The notes under the pieces are model-generated. The model had not been told where the DNA came from and did no database searches. It was given only the letters and a program-made list of their open reading frames with translations. Shown here piece by piece: positions 27,545 to 37,057 of a stretch of DNA of 40,392 nucleotides. Numbering within the stretch: position 1 is the stretch's first letter; each line of letters begins with the position of its first letter. A program made the position numbers and the translations under genes. This DNA comes from a virus (lineage: Duplodnaviria; Caudoviricetes): positions 1-40,392 of the IMG/VR virus record IMGVR_UViG_3300031953_000049; one strand, 5' to 3'.

Positions 27545-27571
27545 GGGGCAGGCAGACCCGCTACCTGCCCC
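27545..27571 (-). terminator. Terminator after the capsid genes
   Basis: GGGGCAGGTAG-CGGGT-CTGCCTGCCCC followed by TTACTTAT on the - strand. Confidence 0.7.
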
Positions 27572-27586
27572 TCGTGATGTTGCTTG

Positions 27587-27778
27587 TTAGTTCTTCAGCG
27601 CCATGATGAGCGCATTGTGGTCAGCCTTGAGTTCGTTGACCAGTGTTACCACTGCATCAAACTCACCCTTGGTTGGTGCAGCAACCGAAGCCACTGCATC
27701 AGGGCTGTCCGTGAGCTTATCAGGAACATTGAGTTCCTCATGAAGCCCTAGGTTGCGACCTGCTAGTCGGCTAGCCAT
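27587..27778 (-). CDS. Small capsid-associated (head fibre/decoration-like) protein
   Basis: Coupled to the capsid gene; APTKGEFDAVVTLVNELKADHNALIMALK coiled-coil motif. Confidence 0.65.
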   Translation of the reverse strand: MASRLAGRNLGLHEELNVPDKLTDSPDAVASVAAPTKGEFDAVVTLVNELKADHNALIMALKN

Positions 27779-28740
27779 TAGACGTCACCTACGGGGATGC
27801 CGTCACCGATGACCGGGTCGGTCTCGGTAACAACGGCGAAGGGGTAGTCGGATGGATCTCCGCCGACCCGAGCGTTGCTGTACGCAGTAGCGAAACCGAC
27901 GCGGAACTTGAATCGCAGTGCGACCATGTCACGCTCGGCGAGGTTGATTCCGCCGACAGTGGCCTGATCAAGCAGCTTGACCTGGACATCCTCACGGATA
28001 CCGATGACGACCTTGGAGCTGTCGCCGACGAGCAGTGCAGCCTCGTCGCGGTCCCATCCACCGTTCTTGACGTAGTTCAGGTCCTGACCGTAGATGCTGG
28101 CAGTGCTGCCATCGCTACGGAGAGCGTCAAGGTAGATCGGTGCACCATCGGCGTCGCGGAGTGCTCGGAGCTGACGACGCAGGAAGCGACCGGTGAAGGC
28201 GCTGTTTACGTCGAACTCGTCGTCTTCCACAAGACCGAAGGCCTCGTTGATGTCGTCCGCAAGGTCGATGCCTGTACCCTGCACAACATAGTTTGAAGCT
28301 GCAATGGCACCGGGCACCAGAGCAGGGTCAAGCCACGTGGCAGGTTTATTGACACCGAAGAATACAGCTGCATCGAGGATGCGGCCGAACTCCTGTGCCA
28401 CCAGTGGGCGAACTTCACCCCAGATATCGAAGCTGCTGTCCGCGAGAGTGTTCTCGTGAACCGGAACGATCACTGCCATTTCCTCGGCGATGAGTTCCTT
28501 GTTGGTCCAGCTGACCTTGGAGGTAGGCTTGACGCCTGTACCTTCAGCAGCTGTTCCGTCAGTTACCCATCCAGCGGTCGGGATAGCGGCGAGAACCGGC
28601 ATCCGGGACACACCTGCCGACATGCGAACGGTGCGGAAGGCTGCAAGAGCCGCCGACGTGTGCTGATCGGGTTTGATGATCTCGTTGATGTCCTGACGAG
28701 CAAGCAGGGCCAGCGCGTCAGCACGAGTGATGTCAGCCAT
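27778..28740 (-). CDS. Major capsid protein (HK97 fold)
   Basis: AGWV.G, KPTSK..W, E.AVIVPV.E..L.DS, LD.AVFFG, NLAERDMVALR. Confidence 0.93.
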   Translation of the reverse strand: MADITRADALALLARQDINEIIKPDQHTSAALAAFRTVRMSAGVSRMPVLAAIPTAGWVTDGTAAEGTGVKPTSKVSWTNKELIAEEMAVIVPVHENTLADSSFDIWGEVRPLVAQEFGRILDAAVFFGVNKPATWLDPALVPGAIAASNYVVQGTGIDLADDINEAFGLVEDDEFDVNSAFTGRFLRRQLRALRDADGAPIYLDALRSDGSTASIYGQDLNYVKNGGWDRDEAALLVGDSSKVVIGIREDVQVKLLDQATVGGINLAERDMVALRFKFRVGFATAYSNARVGGDPSDYPFAVVTETDPVIGDGIPVGDV

Positions 28741-28791
28741 TGGACTGACTCCTTTCCGGCCCTAGAGCCATTGTTGAAGGTATGTGTCGGG

Positions 28792-29349
28792 CTACTTGAT
28801 AGCTGCCCGGAGCAAGTCATTCTGGACAGGCTTCTTACCCGAAGGTTCGCCTGCTGCAGAACTCAATGCTTGTGATGTGGCTGTTGGGTTAGCCTTGTTC
28901 CAGTCCTTGACGATGGATTCTACATCCTTGTCAGACTCAAACAGTGACTTAGTGAAAGTCCGGCTATCGAGAGCCTTTCCCAGGGGTCCGCCTGCTGCTT
29001 GGAGAAACTGTTCCAAGCGGTCATAGCGAGTCTGGAGAGTATCCACGGCTTCCTTGGTAGGACGGGCCTTGAGCTCATCCTCTAGCTGTGTGACCTTGGC
29101 ACTGGTAGCGCGTAGCTCGGTGATCTCAGATTTCTGAGTTGCGAGTGCTGCCTTCTGCGTGGCAAGGGTCTTGACCAGAGGATGGTCGTTTGGAAGCTCT
29201 GCTGGCTTCTCGTTGCTGGGCTGCTGCTGCTCCTGACCACCCGTTTCGGGTGTAGTGCTCTGCTGCTGACCCTGCTGCTCCTGCCCCGAGGTTTCCTCGG
29301 TGCTGGTGCCTGTGGTGCTAGTCGATTCCGACTCGTTGCTGGTAGCCAT
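28792..29349 (-). CDS. Scaffolding protein
   Basis: Low-complexity N-terminus, coiled coil, C-terminal NDLLRAA; directly upstream of the capsid gene; ATG 29349 behind AAGGAAG. Confidence 0.8.
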   Translation of the reverse strand: MATSNESESTSTTGTSTEETSGQEQQGQQQSTTPETGGQEQQQPSNEKPAELPNDHPLVKTLATQKAALATQKSEITELRATSAKVTQLEDELKARPTKEAVDTLQTRYDRLEQFLQAAGGPLGKALDSRTFTKSLFESDKDVESIVKDWNKANPTATSQALSSAAGEPSGKKPVQNDLLRAAIK

Positions 29350-29368
29350 TTCGGCTTCCTTTCCTGTC

Positions 29369-29397
29369 ATGGTACATGGACTCACACGGATGTGCAA
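29369..29397 (-). promoter_or_regulatory. SigmaA-like promoter for scaffold/capsid genes
   Basis: TTGCAC-17 nt-TACCAT on the - strand. Confidence 0.6.
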
Positions 29398-29522
29398 GCC
29401 CTAACCTCATTCCGGCGTGTTGCCAGTGTTTATGAGGTCTTCCTCCTTGGAAGTCTTTTCTTTCACTAAATCTTCAGGCGTCGGTATGACTATGACACCA
29501 TAGACAGCTGATTCCACCATTC

Positions 29523-30845
29523 TTAGACTTGCACCAGTGTCAGCACGTTGTCCTTCCGTGATAGGATTCGCCATGTTGTCCCCCTCTCTACGATTATCTC
29601 GGCACCGGCTGAAGCTGCCTTAGTGCCAGCCTTAGGAATCATGCGTAGGGAATAGTCTGACACGCCACTCCCGATGTCCATAGCGCGCTCCTTAGCATAG
29701 AAGTCAGCTATCTTTCGGCTAGTGGTAGTGGATGTCCATCCAACCATGCTCACATCTGATCCCACTGTGAACGCCGCTACCTGCTTTTCAGTCAGTGCCA
29801 TCCCCCGCCATAGCTCAATGTCCTCAACTAGGCTGTTCTCAGCTATGGCAGAGTCTAGGTTCTTTACAGTCACCCCTCCGGGCTTCTTTCCAGCGCGGAA
29901 TGCTGCATTCTGTCTCAATGCCCAGTCATCATCAAGAACATACTTGTCTACAGCCTTGCGACTAGCGCCCTCATAGAACATTGTGTCATACTGTCCACGA
30001 CCGAAGGCCTCATTCTGGAACTCGGCAGCCCTAGCTCGTGATGCAGCTGCATTCAGTCTGTCATTGTCTATGGGGGCGACCGATGCTGGCACCGGATTAT
30101 TCTTCTGAGCCGGTAGCGCCTTGCTCGGAGCAGCAGGGTTAGACTTCCCGCTCAGGGGGTTACGCTGCTCGGCAGTTGATGGCCCTGCACTGTCCATAGC
30201 CTTGGCACCCTTGACCTTCTGGTCTGCCCAGCGAGGATCCATGGTTACTGAGCCATCCGGCTGGAGCGTCCCCTTGTACTTGACACGGGAGCGCAAGGTG
30301 GGAACGGGCGTGCAGCGTCCATTCGGGTGGTCACGGATGCTGCCATCCTCGATTACCAGCCCATCCCGGCTTCGGCAGTACTCGCACGTCCGCTTGGAAT
30401 CTTCGCTGCCCCATATCATCACAATCAGTGGGAGGTCAGCAATGCTGTCCCAGCTGTTCTTCCAGTAGGCACTGACAGTCTCCGTACGTGCCAACCTGTT
30501 CAGCTTGTTGAATGACTGTCCCAGGCCAGCGTTCAGAATCTGCCGTGCTGTGTCAGTAGCGTTCAGTCCTGTGGCGATACCAGCCTTGATCGCTGCCTGC
30601 TGCATGTCATTGTAGACGACGCCTGCCACTGGGCTGAGCTCTAAGACCTTAGGAACTGGGAAGTCAGCTAGGGCACCGAGACTAGCCACCTGCCCTCCCA
30701 TTCGGGCGATGAGGAGCCTGCTGCTGACCTCAAACTCTTTGATGTAGCTAGGCATGTCTGCCTGATGCCGTGGCACTCCAGCCAGCCACCGGAGGTAGAG
30801 CTTGCGTAGCTCCTTCTCCAGATCACCAGTTGGAATGGTAGGCAT
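29523..30845 (-). CDS. MuF-like minor capsid protein fused to a VIP2-like ADP-ribosyltransferase
   Basis: MuF motifs RLARTET, RTCEYC..RDG, HPNGRC; ART motifs LWRG, GWTSTT, AEIIVERG. Confidence 0.85.
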   Translation of the reverse strand: MPTIPTGDLEKELRKLYLRWLAGVPRHQADMPSYIKEFEVSSRLLIARMGGQVASLGALADFPVPKVLELSPVAGVVYNDMQQAAIKAGIATGLNATDTARQILNAGLGQSFNKLNRLARTETVSAYWKNSWDSIADLPLIVMIWGSEDSKRTCEYCRSRDGLVIEDGSIRDHPNGRCTPVPTLRSRVKYKGTLQPDGSVTMDPRWADQKVKGAKAMDSAGPSTAEQRNPLSGKSNPAAPSKALPAQKNNPVPASVAPIDNDRLNAAASRARAAEFQNEAFGRGQYDTMFYEGASRKAVDKYVLDDDWALRQNAAFRAGKKPGGVTVKNLDSAIAENSLVEDIELWRGMALTEKQVAAFTVGSDVSMVGWTSTTTSRKIADFYAKERAMDIGSGVSDYSLRMIPKAGTKAASAGAEIIVERGTTWRILSRKDNVLTLVQV

Positions 30846-31066
30846 TAGAACATCTTTCCTGTGATGGCAGCAATGCTGAACCCGAATGACAGACCCACGA
30901 TGGCACCAGCAGCGATGAACAAGGCTAGGCAGCCCAGTATGATACCCATCCCGAAGCGCATGCCTTCAACGTCCTCCCAGTTAGCTTCATCTAGGACGTC
31001 TTGTACGCCATACGCCTTCTTCTCTTCTTCGCTGACGTACTCGTCAAACTTCTCGTCGGCAGTCAT
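30845..31066 (-). CDS. Small membrane protein
   Basis: Acidic N-terminus plus hydrophobic C-terminal half; TAATG-coupled on both sides. Confidence 0.7.
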   Translation of the reverse strand: MTADEKFDEYVSEEEKKAYGVQDVLDEANWEDVEGMRFGMGIILGCLALFIAAGAIVGLSFGFSIAAITGKMF

Positions 31067-32484
31067 TATGACTTCGCTCTCTGTCCGGGGTTAGCACCAT
31101 AGGAAGCGACCTGTCCTGGTGTAGCAGGCAGCCCCGTTTGACCCATTGCAGTCATGTCGGTCGGCTCACCCGGCGAGAACTGTGTAGGTGCTCCAAGGCT
31201 GTCATCCTCGTAGTCCTCAAGGTCCACGCCCGGTGTGACGACCTCGGCGATGTACTTGATTGGATAGCCCATCTGTGACAGGCTAAGTCCGTGAGCGTCT
31301 AGCGACTCCTGGAGCAGGTCATCGTCAGTGCTCCAGAACTCATACTCAAACTCGGGCTTCTTGACCTCGGTGTCCTCGATGGGGTTGCCCTCATCATCGG
31401 TCTTCTCTTTAGGAGCAGCTATCTCCTTGGTCTTCTCGATGCCAAGCAGTTCAGCCAGCTCTGTGAGGAGTGGCTTGATGTCATCCCGCATACGGGCGAT
31501 CTTGTTGTTGAACCGCTTGCTGAGGACCTTCAGGGCCACACCAGTTGGAGGAGTGCCCGTCCCAGGCTTGAAGTAATGCTGTGGGATGCCGCTTCCGGTG
31601 CTGACCTTGTCCATGACGCTGTCGTGGTAGGCGATCATGTCCGTGATGGTCGGTGGGTCAAGCTGCCCGAACGGGCCTTCGCTGTTCGTAGTGAAGATGC
31701 GCCCTGCTGCTCCGTCGGTGGACTGCTCCGTCATGGCATCCGCATCAGGCTGGCTGGTGGCTGGCATGTACGGGTTCTTCGCGGGGATCTGTACGTTCAT
31801 CAGATACCAGAAGGGGCGTGCATACATCTCGGCAACGACCGTCAGGTCAATGATGCTGTGGTTCACCCGGTCTTGCAGCGCACTAAGCGAAGCGCCGAAG
31901 CCCTTGTCGTCAAGAGCGAACCGGAACAGTGTGTTGCCGTTCACCTCCTCAACGAAGCGGTAGCCCTCCACTGCCTTCTCAGCTGCTGCCATGTCCTCAG
32001 GCATCGGCTTGCTGAATAGGCGAGTACGCCCGTCGCTGTAGGCGAACGTGACGTGGTCTACCATGTGCTCCAGGTTGCGAGTGAAGATAGCTGCCACGGT
32101 GAAGCGGCCATCACTGATCATCTCGAAGTGCTCGGGGAAGTGGGGAGTGCCAGCGGAGTCCACCACCACAGGACACTCCCCACGCATTAGAAGGGGCGGA
32201 AGCACATTGCTGAAGCCCCTTAGCTCATCGGGTACAGGGAGGATGTTCTCCGCGTACATGTCAATCACGGTCTTGAAGATGTTCTCAGACGTGGTCTGGC
32301 TCTTCAGGTCAGGGAAGGCCTCGGTGATGTATGTCTCCCACGCCTTGCCGTGCAGCGCATAGGACATCTTCCCATTGTAGTAGGCAGCGTAAGTCGGGCT
32401 GTCCTTGGTGAGCAGCCACGCCTCCAGCTTGGTCATCGCGGTCTCCTGCTCAACAGGCACCGGGAGTCGTGTGTGTGTAGCCAT
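31066..32484 (-). CDS. Portal protein
   Basis: Follows TerL; YYNG, LQDRVNH, SGIPQHYF and TGVALK patterns; ATG 32484 just after the TerL stop. Confidence 0.85.
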   Translation of the reverse strand: MATHTRLPVPVEQETAMTKLEAWLLTKDSPTYAAYYNGKMSYALHGKAWETYITEAFPDLKSQTTSENIFKTVIDMYAENILPVPDELRGFSNVLPPLLMRGECPVVVDSAGTPHFPEHFEMISDGRFTVAAIFTRNLEHMVDHVTFAYSDGRTRLFSKPMPEDMAAAEKAVEGYRFVEEVNGNTLFRFALDDKGFGASLSALQDRVNHSIIDLTVVAEMYARPFWYLMNVQIPAKNPYMPATSQPDADAMTEQSTDGAAGRIFTTNSEGPFGQLDPPTITDMIAYHDSVMDKVSTGSGIPQHYFKPGTGTPPTGVALKVLSKRFNNKIARMRDDIKPLLTELAELLGIEKTKEIAAPKEKTDDEGNPIEDTEVKKPEFEYEFWSTDDDLLQESLDAHGLSLSQMGYPIKYIAEVVTPGVDLEDYEDDSLGAPTQFSPGEPTDMTAMGQTGLPATPGQVASYGANPGQRAKS

Positions 32485-32485
32485 G

Positions 32486-33916
32486 TTATCGTCCCATCTT
32501 GAAGTAGTCAATTCGACCTTGATTGATTGCCTGAGTCATTGCGTCCACGTCGTCGTCATGCTTGCCGAAGGGGAAGTCCCTGAACTCCTGGAACATGGCC
32601 TCGGTGAACACCGTGTCAAGCATGGCAACATTGCCTTCATCAACGACGGGCTGGATAGCCAGTGCCCTGACCTCCTTGGACCCCTGTGGGATGACTGGCT
32701 TGATCAGGGCTGCCCTCTTAGCCAGCGTGCTGATCATGGCTGCTCCGTTAGCTGCCTTCTCGACGTACACCCGTGAGGTCTGCGGCCACTTAGCAGCCAT
32801 GCGCTGAACTTGTGCCACCTGCTCGGTGAACGTGAAGCGGTCATGGACCCGGTCAACGAGTACCCACTTAGTCCCGCCGATGACAGCCCAGACATGTCCT
32901 GCCACATAGTCGCCGCTGGATGCCTTCTTCTTCTTGCCGTTCTGTATGGTGCCGAAGGTAAGGTCCCAGGACTGGATGATGACTGCATGGTTCAGCGTCT
33001 GCATGCTGCCCGTCCGCTCATCACACCACACGACGTTCTCCCAGGGTATGATGTCGATCTTGTCAACGTTGATGTAGCTACCGCCTGTGACTTGTGGGTC
33101 ACCTTGATATAGTGCCTGCCATACATACGTTCCAACGGCTCTCTTAGTGAGCTCCCAGGAGCGTGCTGAACGGTTCTGCACAGACGGTAGCCATTCCCCG
33201 ACTGCTCGGCCGATTATGTCCGCATTACCGTCTTTATCGGGCTGGGCGGAATCGTGTGTGGCCTGAGCGGGAATGTTGATGTAGGTGGCCCCGAGCACGT
33301 CGGGCTTGACTACATGGCTGATGAGGTCATCCTTGTGCCAGCGTGTCGCAACGACGATGATCTGGCTAAGGGATGCCATGCGGGTCAGGACTACCGAGCT
33401 GAACCACTCGACTGTCGTTTCCCGGATGAGTTCGGACTGCGCTTCCTGCATGTCCTTGATGGGGTCGTCAATAACGGTCATGTCACTGCGGAAGCCTGTC
33501 ATAGCGGAGCCACGGCCAGCAGCAAGCAGCCCTCCACCTTCACGTGTCTCCCAACGTTCAACTGTTGAGCTACCTGACTTCAAGGGAGTCCATGTCTGCA
33601 CCAGCCCACGAATCTGACGAGAGACAGCGTTCGCCCGCGACTGGCTATAAGTTGCATACACGATCTTCAACCATGGATTGCGAATAAGCGTCCAAGCGAT
33701 GTAGTGCACGATCCAAGTCGTCTTCCCTTCCTGAGGAGGGGTTGAATAGGCCACACAGCCCAGAGACGTGTTCAGTGCTTCAGCATCAACGCTGGCTGTG
33801 AGTACGTCGGTCAAGGCTGATTGACGAATGCCGCTTGCAGTGCAGAACACACCGAAGTCAGCCTCTACTTCTTCATAGCTGTACTGGCGAAGATCAAGCT
33901 CGTTATCAAGAAGCAT
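32486..33916 (-). CDS. terL: Terminase large subunit
   Basis: PPQEGKT Walker A, VIDDPIKD Walker B, TRWHKDDL, SWDLT, VEKAANG, FPFGKHDDDVDAMTQ. Confidence 0.96.
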   Translation of the reverse strand: MLLDNELDLRQYSYEEVEADFGVFCTASGIRQSALTDVLTASVDAEALNTSLGCVAYSTPPQEGKTTWIVHYIAWTLIRNPWLKIVYATYSQSRANAVSRQIRGLVQTWTPLKSGSSTVERWETREGGGLLAAGRGSAMTGFRSDMTVIDDPIKDMQEAQSELIRETTVEWFSSVVLTRMASLSQIIVVATRWHKDDLISHVVKPDVLGATYINIPAQATHDSAQPDKDGNADIIGRAVGEWLPSVQNRSARSWELTKRAVGTYVWQALYQGDPQVTGGSYINVDKIDIIPWENVVWCDERTGSMQTLNHAVIIQSWDLTFGTIQNGKKKKASSGDYVAGHVWAVIGGTKWVLVDRVHDRFTFTEQVAQVQRMAAKWPQTSRVYVEKAANGAAMISTLAKRAALIKPVIPQGSKEVRALAIQPVVDEGNVAMLDTVFTEAMFQEFRDFPFGKHDDDVDAMTQAINQGRIDYFKMGR

Positions 33917-34526
33917 TCTTGCTCACCTCAGCTGCTATCTCATCAACGGAGATGCCCGGGAATGCCTTGAGCAAGCGTGCAGCTTCACGAGCTGTCTGGA
34001 TGCGGACACGCTTAGTGTCAATCTCATCAGTGCCACCAGTAACCTCTTGGAGGAGACGGAGTATTTGGATCAGCTCAGTTTCAGCCTTGTGGAGTTCAAT
34101 GACCCACGGCGATACACCAGCTGTCTTCTTGGTCTTCAGTGTGCGATAGGACTCTTCGCCAACCTCGGTATCAGTGACTTCATGACTATCCCGAAGGAGA
34201 CCGATGTGCTTATTGTCCTCAGTTGAGAGGTGAGTACGAAGGGCCACAATGTCTGTCAGCTTATTGCGTGCCAGCTTAGTGAGTTCCTCTTCGACGGAGA
34301 TGCTGCCAGCGTCAGGCGTAATGCCCCATAGCGTAGCGACCTGCTGAGTGACCTTCGATCGCTTGCTTACCTTGACGCTGGCAGCAGTGCCTCCACCATG
34401 ACTCTTGCAGACGGTCAGGCCTGGAACGGCCGTCGCCTTGCATCGAGACCCGCTCGTTGTCAGAGCCTTGCAGACACGCCTCTTGGAGGACTTGGAGTCC
34501 TTAGGAGCGTTCTGTGTGGAGGGCAT
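33906..34526 (-). CDS. terS: Terminase small subunit
   Basis: Directly upstream of TerL; N-terminal C..C..CKSHGG zinc motif. Confidence 0.7.
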   Translation of the reverse strand: MPSTQNAPKDSKSSKRRVCKALTTSGSRCKATAVPGLTVCKSHGGGTAASVKVSKRSKVTQQVATLWGITPDAGSISVEEELTKLARNKLTDIVALRTHLSTEDNKHIGLLRDSHEVTDTEVGEESYRTLKTKKTAGVSPWVIELHKAETELIQILRLLQEVTGGTDEIDTKRVRIQTAREAARLLKAFPGISVDEIAAEVSKNAS

Positions 34527-34533
34527 GTGGGAA

Positions 34534-34563
34534 ACAGTACCCCACGACCCTACAAGAGCGCAA
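34534..34563 (-). promoter_or_regulatory. Promoter for a probable leaderless terS transcript
   Basis: TTGCGC-18 nt-TACTGT-7 nt-ATG with no Shine-Dalgarno sequence. Confidence 0.5.
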
Positions 34564-34612
34564 GCCGAGATCTCAGAGCGTCTGAGCCTGAGTTAATACG
34601 GGCCACACGAGG

Positions 34613-34972
34613 CTAAGAGCCGTCTGAGCAGGTTCTGTAGCCCTCTCGGATGCCATCTTCGACCATAGCCTGCACCTGTTGCCACTGCTTGAGACTGAGG
34701 ACTAGATCGTAGCCATCAATGATAGACAGAGCAATGTTAGGTACTGAGCGATTGAACGTGGCATACCGCTGAAGCGCTGCACTCGGCTCTACTGGACCAC
34801 CGAGCATCTCATCAAACACAGCACCGAGTGTGACTGGCTTATCAAACACATCATCCAGGGTCATCTTGCCCTTGCCCTCTGTCATCTCTTTGCGCATGGT
34901 CTTCTGTGCAGGGGTAAGCATCTCGTCAAGTGGGGAATAGCGTCTGGTAGTCTTGCCCTTGCCCTTAGACAT
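34613..34972 (-). CDS. Hypothetical protein
   Basis: 119-aa ORF coupled (TAATG) to the upstream gene. Confidence 0.7.
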   Translation of the reverse strand: MSKGKGKTTRRYSPLDEMLTPAQKTMRKEMTEGKGKMTLDDVFDKPVTLGAVFDEMLGGPVEPSAALQRYATFNRSVPNIALSIIDGYDLVLSLKQWQQVQAMVEDGIREGYRTCSDGS

Positions 34973-35253
34973 TAGAGCTTCCAGAAGTGGTTAGGCGATA
35001 CCGAGTAATAGATCGGCACAATGAAGATGCTGAAGATGCCGAGTACGAACCAGTGAAGGATGAACGAATGCCCCTTCTGCTGACGGACGTACTGTGCACG
35101 GTCACGGGCCTGCTTGACGTTGCTCTTCTTCGGCTGTGCATGCCGAGGACCCGACTGGGCTGGCATTGCAGCGACGTGAGTGGAAGCTGATACAGGCTGT
35201 GCAGGAACTTCACTGCGATGTTCAGCCTGTTCTGGTGAGAATGGTTCGGACAT
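34972..35253 (-). CDS. Small membrane protein
   Basis: AGGAG RBS; C-terminal hydrophobic HSFILHWFVLGIFSIFIVPIYY. Confidence 0.75.
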   Translation of the reverse strand: MSEPFSPEQAEHRSEVPAQPVSASTHVAAMPAQSGPRHAQPKKSNVKQARDRAQYVRQQKGHSFILHWFVLGIFSIFIVPIYYSVSPNHFWKL

Positions 35254-35307
35254 AAGATGGACTCCTATAGTGAATGTTGAAGGCTACCGAATAAGCAGCC
35301 AAGGGCA

Positions 35308-35336
35308 ACATTAGCACCAGCCCTGTCCCAGCGCAA
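35308..35336 (-). promoter_or_regulatory. Leftward sigmaA-like promoter
   Basis: TTGCGC-17 nt-TAATGT with TGn extended -10 on the - strand. Confidence 0.55.
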
Positions 35337-35611
35337 TAGCGACACTAATCACACTGAGCCTGTACCGAGCCAGTCTGCGTCGTTGTGCACGATGGAGCGC
35401 ATCAAGCGCGAAAGAGTGTGCAGCGCTGTGAGCAGCTGTGTGAAAGGGACACCGTGACTATTGGAGCATTAGGTACTACCTCCATCTCACCCCCTCAGCT
35501 AGCTCCTTCGGAGCGCTTCGGGTCATCTAAGGGTGCTTTTAGTTTTAAGTAGCGCGTGCATGATTTTATTTACTTAATAATACTTACCTATAGGGGAGTT
35601 AAATATGAAGC

Positions 35612-35640
35612 TTGTGCTAGTGCTGCTGGTAGTGCATACT
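35612..35640 (+). promoter_or_regulatory. Rightward sigmaA-like promoter
   Basis: TTGTGC-17 nt-CATACT after an AT-rich tract; upstream of a GAGGAGG RBS. Confidence 0.55.
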
Positions 35641-35672
35641 GAGCCTAGTCCACGACGCCTGAGGAGGCAACA

Positions 35673-35981
35673 ATGTACATACCAACCGATCCGCGTGAAG
35701 CTCTCGTCGAGAGAGGTAACGCACTGCTTGAGGTTATCTACCAGAAGCACATCTGGGAACAGACGTATCCGCTTCTCGACAGCACTATGGCTAAGGGCAT
35801 GGATGCCACCCACGAAGAGATGGAAGCAGTCACCCGGTCAGAGAGCTTCGTTGAAGCACTGCTCAGCCGAATGACGCTGGAGTCTGACGCTCACCGTATC
35901 CATGCCGAGTACATCTTGCTCCGGGAAACAGTTGAAGCGCTCACAGGTCCTCGCCAGCCTATGTCAAGTGAGGAGCTCTAA
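35673..35981 (+). CDS. Hypothetical protein
   Basis: GAGGAGG RBS; 102 aa. Confidence 0.75.
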   Translation: MYIPTDPREALVERGNALLEVIYQKHIWEQTYPLLDSTMAKGMDATHEEMEAVTRSESFVEALLSRMTLESDAHRIHAEYILLRETVEALTGPRQPMSSEEL

Positions 35982-35982
35982 C

Positions 35983-36444
35983 ATGTGTGGATGCGAACAG
36001 CACAGTGATCCAACAGCGGAATGCACCTGCATCTGTACTGAGCACGGGAACTTCAATGCAGCTGTGAACCTCGCACGCAGTCGGTGGGACACCATCACCG
36101 AGATGCAGACCATGACGGAAGACAAGATCATGCGCTGCCTTGAAGAGTATGACAAGCACAGCTGGAGTCCCAGGTTCAGGCTGTGCGACTGTGGTATGTT
36201 CTTCGAAGCACGCTTAGAAGGGCAACGACTGCACGCTCGGCATCGCATGATTCACACCATGCGTATGATTCACACTCTAAGGGTAGACGAACCTGTGAAG
36301 CCAGCTGATGCGGACTTCAACAGTCTGGCACAATACCTCTATGAGGAAATGAGTGCATCACCTGATATTGAGTTCAACATGAGCATGACTAGTAAGCGTG
36401 TCCTAGTCCGTGCTCTCAAGAAAGCTACGGAGCGACTCCAATGA
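35983..36444 (+). CDS. Cys/His-rich hypothetical protein
   Basis: ATG 35983 behind GAGGAG; CGCEQH..CTCIC.EH and H..CDCG..H..H motifs. Confidence 0.7.
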   Translation: MCGCEQHSDPTAECTCICTEHGNFNAAVNLARSRWDTITEMQTMTEDKIMRCLEEYDKHSWSPRFRLCDCGMFFEARLEGQRLHARHRMIHTMRMIHTLRVDEPVKPADADFNSLAQYLYEEMSASPDIEFNMSMTSKRVLVRALKKATERLQ

Positions 36445-36722
36445 CCTTCAAACGACGCTGCGAAAATGAGCAGCCACATGCAGCCCACGACTACGACTAC
36501 CACTGGAAGAAGGACGACCTGTTCTACCTTCCCAGCTATGTCGCTCGGCACCTGCCGGACGAGTGGGACGTCACCTACACCTGCAAGGGCATTGAAGAAC
36601 CTACCTGCACACTCTGTGGAGAACTGCTAGCAGAAGACACCCTGATGATCGGGCGACGAGCTGTGTTCTGCCCTAATGACGAGTGCGAGAAGTTCGCTCA
36701 GTCCTTCTGGGTAGAACGGTGA
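36441..36722 (+). CDS. Zinc-ribbon hypothetical protein
   Basis: ATGA coupling; CTLCG..CPNDEC. Confidence 0.7.
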   Translation: MTFKRRCENEQPHAAHDYDYHWKKDDLFYLPSYVARHLPDEWDVTYTCKGIEEPTCTLCGELLAEDTLMIGRRAVFCPNDECEKFAQSFWVER

Positions 36723-37057
36723 ATGGGGATAGACGCCACATCGGGAAAGTGTGTGTCGCGCTGCTGCATGAAGGGCATGCCAACGAGATCATCCACGATA
36801 GTTCTCATGTGGCCTTAGTTGAAGCTGTGAAGCACCTGCAGAACCAAGAGTTCTGGCAGCTGAAGACCCAGTCCAAGCATGAAGGCAAGAACGCCTCCAC
36901 CGATACACAGCTGGCTATCTGCAAGATAGCCCTGCCAGCCTTGGAGCTTGCTGTGGCTGCCCTTGAGACTGACGACTATGCAGCAGCCATAACTCACATC
37001 ACGCTAGCTATCGAGACAGACGGCACAGTGCCAGCTAAGACAAGGAGAAACAAGTGA
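36719..37057 (+). CDS. Hypothetical protein
   Basis: GTGA overlap with the upstream stop; helical 112-aa protein. Confidence 0.65.
   Translation: MNGDRRHIGKVCVALLHEGHANEIIHDSSHVALVEAVKHLQNQEFWQLKTQSKHEGKNASTDTQLAICKIALPALELAVAALETDDYAAAITHITLAIETDGTVPAKTRRNK

Noticed and set aside
29407-29520. 37-aa ORF downstream of MuF-ART as an immunity gene
   Set aside because: No RBS, very short and no recognisable features; cannot be supported
14999-34583. Shared 13-mer TCTCAGAGCGTCT at 14999 and 34571 flanking the late region
   Set aside because: Several 13-bp matches are expected by chance in 40 kb, and there is no recombinase to use it
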